Origin: Hyphochytrium catenoides
Taxonomy: Eukaryota > Protista > Hyphochytriomycota
DNA length: 47,664 nt
Reading direction: 5' to 3'
NCBI GenBank assembly: GCA_900088475.1
Contig: FLMG01002058.1
Span: 1 to 47,664 of the forward strand
Shown here: piece after piece, positions 44,813 to 47,664 of the stretch
How positions within the stretch are numbered: the stretch's first letter is position 1
Layout of the letters: every line of letters starts with the position of its first letter
The notes under the pieces: generated by a model
The model's input: the letters and a program-made list of their open reading frames with translations, nothing else
Database searches by the model: none
Told to the model about the DNA's origin: nothing
Translations under genes and position numbers: made by a program

Positions 44813-46327
44813 CAGGACGGACTCTCGAGGTCCTAAGCCCTAAGGGAGCTGCGGGTGAGCCCTGTGACAGGCGATGGACCTATGTCTTGTTCATCAGCAT
44901 CCGAGATAAGGTCTGCGAACACGTCGGAGGGCCTACGCTATAGAACCCGGAGAAGATTAGGGAGAGGCCTAGCTTCCTTGTTTGCCGCTTAGTTCGTAGA
45001 GCCAGTCCTGAGCCAGTCCTAGTCCAGGCAGCAGCGGAAGAAACAGCGCCTGCGTTAGGAGCCAGCGCCAGGCTCAATCCTTGCTCAGCGAGGCAGCTTA
45101 TTTGAACAGGGGACTGCCCGCCTAGCTAGCTGCAGAAGCTCTCAAGCTGAAGGGCAGCAGAGTGGCTCTAACATCCCTGTCTTTCTGCGTCTCCCGCGGC
45201 AAAAATCTTCATCACTTGCCTCTTCGTTCCACTTCCATGCGCCATCACCGCGGCAGAAAAAAACTGAAAGCAGAGGAGTTCGCGCCATTAAAATGAGCCG
45301 CTAACCGCAGAAATCTGGTTTCTGAATTCTGAAGCTCCAACATTGCCGCTTTCCTTTGACTGAAAGCCCAGAGAGAGGAAGCGCGTCTGCAGAGTTGTCT
45401 GCAGAAAGCTTGCATGCTTGGTCTGCAACGTGAAGGGTTGGACTCGGCCCAAGGAAGGAGTGCCTGCATGGGCATGGTCCGGAGGTGAAGATGGAGGAGA
45501 TGGAGTCTGCTGCCTTCGAGAGAAGCAAGAGAAGAGAGAAAGAGGTGTGCGCTATCGATAGGACTGGCGGGCTGGTCGGTTTTCGAGATAGAGCTAGCCC
45601 AGCTGCATGATAACGATGGCTGGACTCAAGGAAGAAAGTTCTGCTAAGCTTCTGCATATGGCCTTTATATCTCTTGAAGGCGGCGGTAAGGGCAGCTAAT
45701 CTGAGGCAAAGGGAACGCTCTGGCAGCTGCGAAGCTTCCCTCGTCAGATTTTAAAAAATGGGTAAAGTGCATGTGTTGCCCAAAGATAAAGTCGTTCATG
45801 ATCTTCGTATCTATGGAACGTACGCCAGAAGGCCCTTCCATCTCCCTCATGTAGCTTCCTTCTGAGCTAGCTTGGCTCTGTCATGGTGCCATTCAGAGCT
45901 TCCTTCGCCTTCGAAGGGCTCGGACAGGCGCCGAGAATGGACGGCACAGCCTCTGCGCGGCGTGCGAGCCAAATCTACCAGTTTATCAGTTTATCAGTGG
46001 CCGGCGGCGTTTCGCCACATCCGGCGCTCTGCGATTGCCTTCCTCTTGAACTGCTGGGAGTGCGTGAAATCTGATCTGCTGACCTCAGTGGTCATCTAGA
46101 GCATGGTTCCTGCCTTCAGAAGAACGCACTCTAACACTGCTCAGTGGCTCAGGATAACCCGTGTATGTCCCATCCCTATTGTGCGCAGGCTTTTCTCTCC
46201 CTTCTCAAAGTCGAAGATGCATTAATATGCTGCATAGCCGGCATCTCCCTGAGATCGGGACGGAGGCAGTGAGTCGATGAGTGCGAGGAGCTAGCGACCT
46301 TATGGCTTTTACTCTCTGTTTCATCTG

Positions 46328-47041
46328 TTAGCGGGCTTGGTCCCTTGCCGTCCTCAAACTATTTACCTTAACTGTTTGCAGAGGTGATGGTTTGCCACTG
46401 AGGAAAGAGGTCCATAACGATGATGATGACGGAGAAGTATGCTGGCTTGAGCTCGCTCCAGATGATGAGCTTGCAAGCCATTGGAACTCTTGCTGTTTAT
46501 GCTGAGAATGCTGTCCTTTGCTCTCGAGCTCCTCGTCATTCTTATCAGAAGCCAACCCTTCTTCTCTCGCTTAGTGTCCCTTCACCCGCACTCTACTCCA
46601 CCGCCTTCTTGCCCTTTCCCTGTCACGGCGTCCGGAGTCTTGCCCGCCCTCACCTTGCGTGGAGTCAAGATTATCGGGCTTCAATATATCTGAAGCGTTC
46701 CATGTTGAGAACTTGGTGTCTGCATCAGCTCTTGTCGGATAGCTGCCACAACTCCTGTCAATTGGCAGGAAAGCAATGGTAGAGGCTGCTGCAGCCGGCA
46801 CATGAAGAGGTTGTGGGACGAGGAGAGCCAAGAAATCTATGACTAGAGAGTTAGGAAAGGAGTCAATCCTCTGACCTATGCCGTCCCACAAGTTAGGCAG
46901 GGTCACATGGAAAGCCATGAGCTTCACTGTATGTTCGGTGAGGAGATAGGTAAATAATGTCTCTTCTTCCTTAGAAAGAGAGGCCAGCACGCGGCGACGT
47001 AGAAGTAGCCTCATGCTACTCAGGAAGTTCGAACGGCACAT
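46328..47041 (-). other. Two same-frame orphan ORFs (156 aa and 75 aa) separated by one TAA; possible pseudogene or unannotated gene
   Basis: 47041-46571 and 46555-46328 share a frame (…CAC TAA GCG AGA GAA GAA GGG TTG…). No recognisable domain. Confidence 0.2.
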
Positions 47042-47241
47042 ATGAGAGAGGTCCGCAGAGAAATCTTACAGAGCGCGTATTATAATCGAAGCAGAATGGC
47101 CTGCCATCCTCCAGCTCCATTGCTCTGGCCACCTCCCCTGCACCGGAGCTTTTTTCTTTACTACGCCGAGGCTTGTCCTCTTTTCTACTTCTTTCATCAA
47201 GGATTCTCTCCCTATCTCCCCTGGAAGCCTGCAGTCAGTCG

Positions 47242-47445
47242 TTAGCTGCCTTTCGCAGAGTTGCCTCGGTCGTCATAAGAGGCAGCTTTGTGCTTCGGGA
47301 CAAAGACAAATCCTTTGGGAACGGGACCAAGCAGCATCTCCGAGATCCTGATCCAGTCTCCAGGATTCTTGCTGGCCATAAGCGTCTCCAAGTCATTCCT
47401 ACCGACAAATGGTGGGGGCCTGTCGTTGATCTTCTGAGGGAGGAC
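47242..47445 (-). CDS. Probable terminal exon of an unidentified gene whose 5' part lies beyond the window
   Basis: A strong pyrimidine tract and acceptor (TTCGTTCTTTCCAG|GTC) precede an open frame VLPQKINDRPPPFVGRNDLETLMASKNPGDWIRISEMLLGPVPKGFVFVPKHKAASYDDRGNSAKGS-stop. Confidence 0.5.
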   Translation of the reverse strand, partial: VLPQKINDRPPPFVGRNDLETLMASKNPGDWIRISEMLLGPVPKGFVFVPKHKAASYDDRGNSAKGS

Positions 47446-47664
47446 CTGGAAAGAACGAAGGCCCAAAGAAAGAAGATGTACACGCAGAATAAGTGCAATG
47501 TGCTGGGAGCCTTCTCCGCCATGTCAAGCGTTGTCTTGCTGCTCTCAATAGCCCATTCTCCTCTTCTCTAAGATCTTCCAGGGATGTCACGGTACTACTT
47601 CTCTGCGCAAAGCCCGTTTCTCTGAGGTTTCTGCTGCTTCTCTCTCTCCCTCCCTCTCTCTCTC

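Noticed and set aside
45237-45490. Plus-strand frame with three in-frame TGA codons (possible selenoprotein or TGA recoding)
   Set aside because: No redox or selenoprotein motif context, and TGA serves as a normal stop for the oxidoreductase. Likely chance.

Overview
Eukaryotic nuclear DNA from an intron-rich genome full of (CT)n/(GA)n microsatellites. The alpha-tubulin, the VIT1 N-terminus and the PX-RING domain combination suggest a stramenopile, probably oomycete-related; that placement is inference. Most six-frame ORFs are intron or microsatellite noise. Splicing by hand across GT-AG boundaries gives eight recognisable genes: a 5'-truncated Zn-independent MDR oxidoreductase (+, ~167-2847), FANCI (-, ~3308-12100), a VIT1/CCC1 iron transporter (-, 13526-15819), an LPCAT/LPEAT-type acyltransferase (-, 16888-19255), an intronless PX + RING-H2 gene (+, 22364-23149), an ABCC/MRP transporter (+, 24257-33354), an intronless alpha-tubulin (-, 35045-36412) and MCM8 (-, 38472-44812). 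There is also a probable terminal exon of an unidentified gene at the right edge and a few orphan ORFs. I found no tRNA, rRNA, CRISPR array or recognisable transposon. The most unusual signals are architectural: patchy GA/CT microsatellite domains that reach into coding exons, introns with complementary GA and CT halves, a GC-AG intron, a candidate 16-nt microexon with tandem acceptors, a tandem repeat of 3'-splice-site mimics, and extra degeneration of one ABCC ATP site. I cannot claim a clearly new biological system from this sequence alone.
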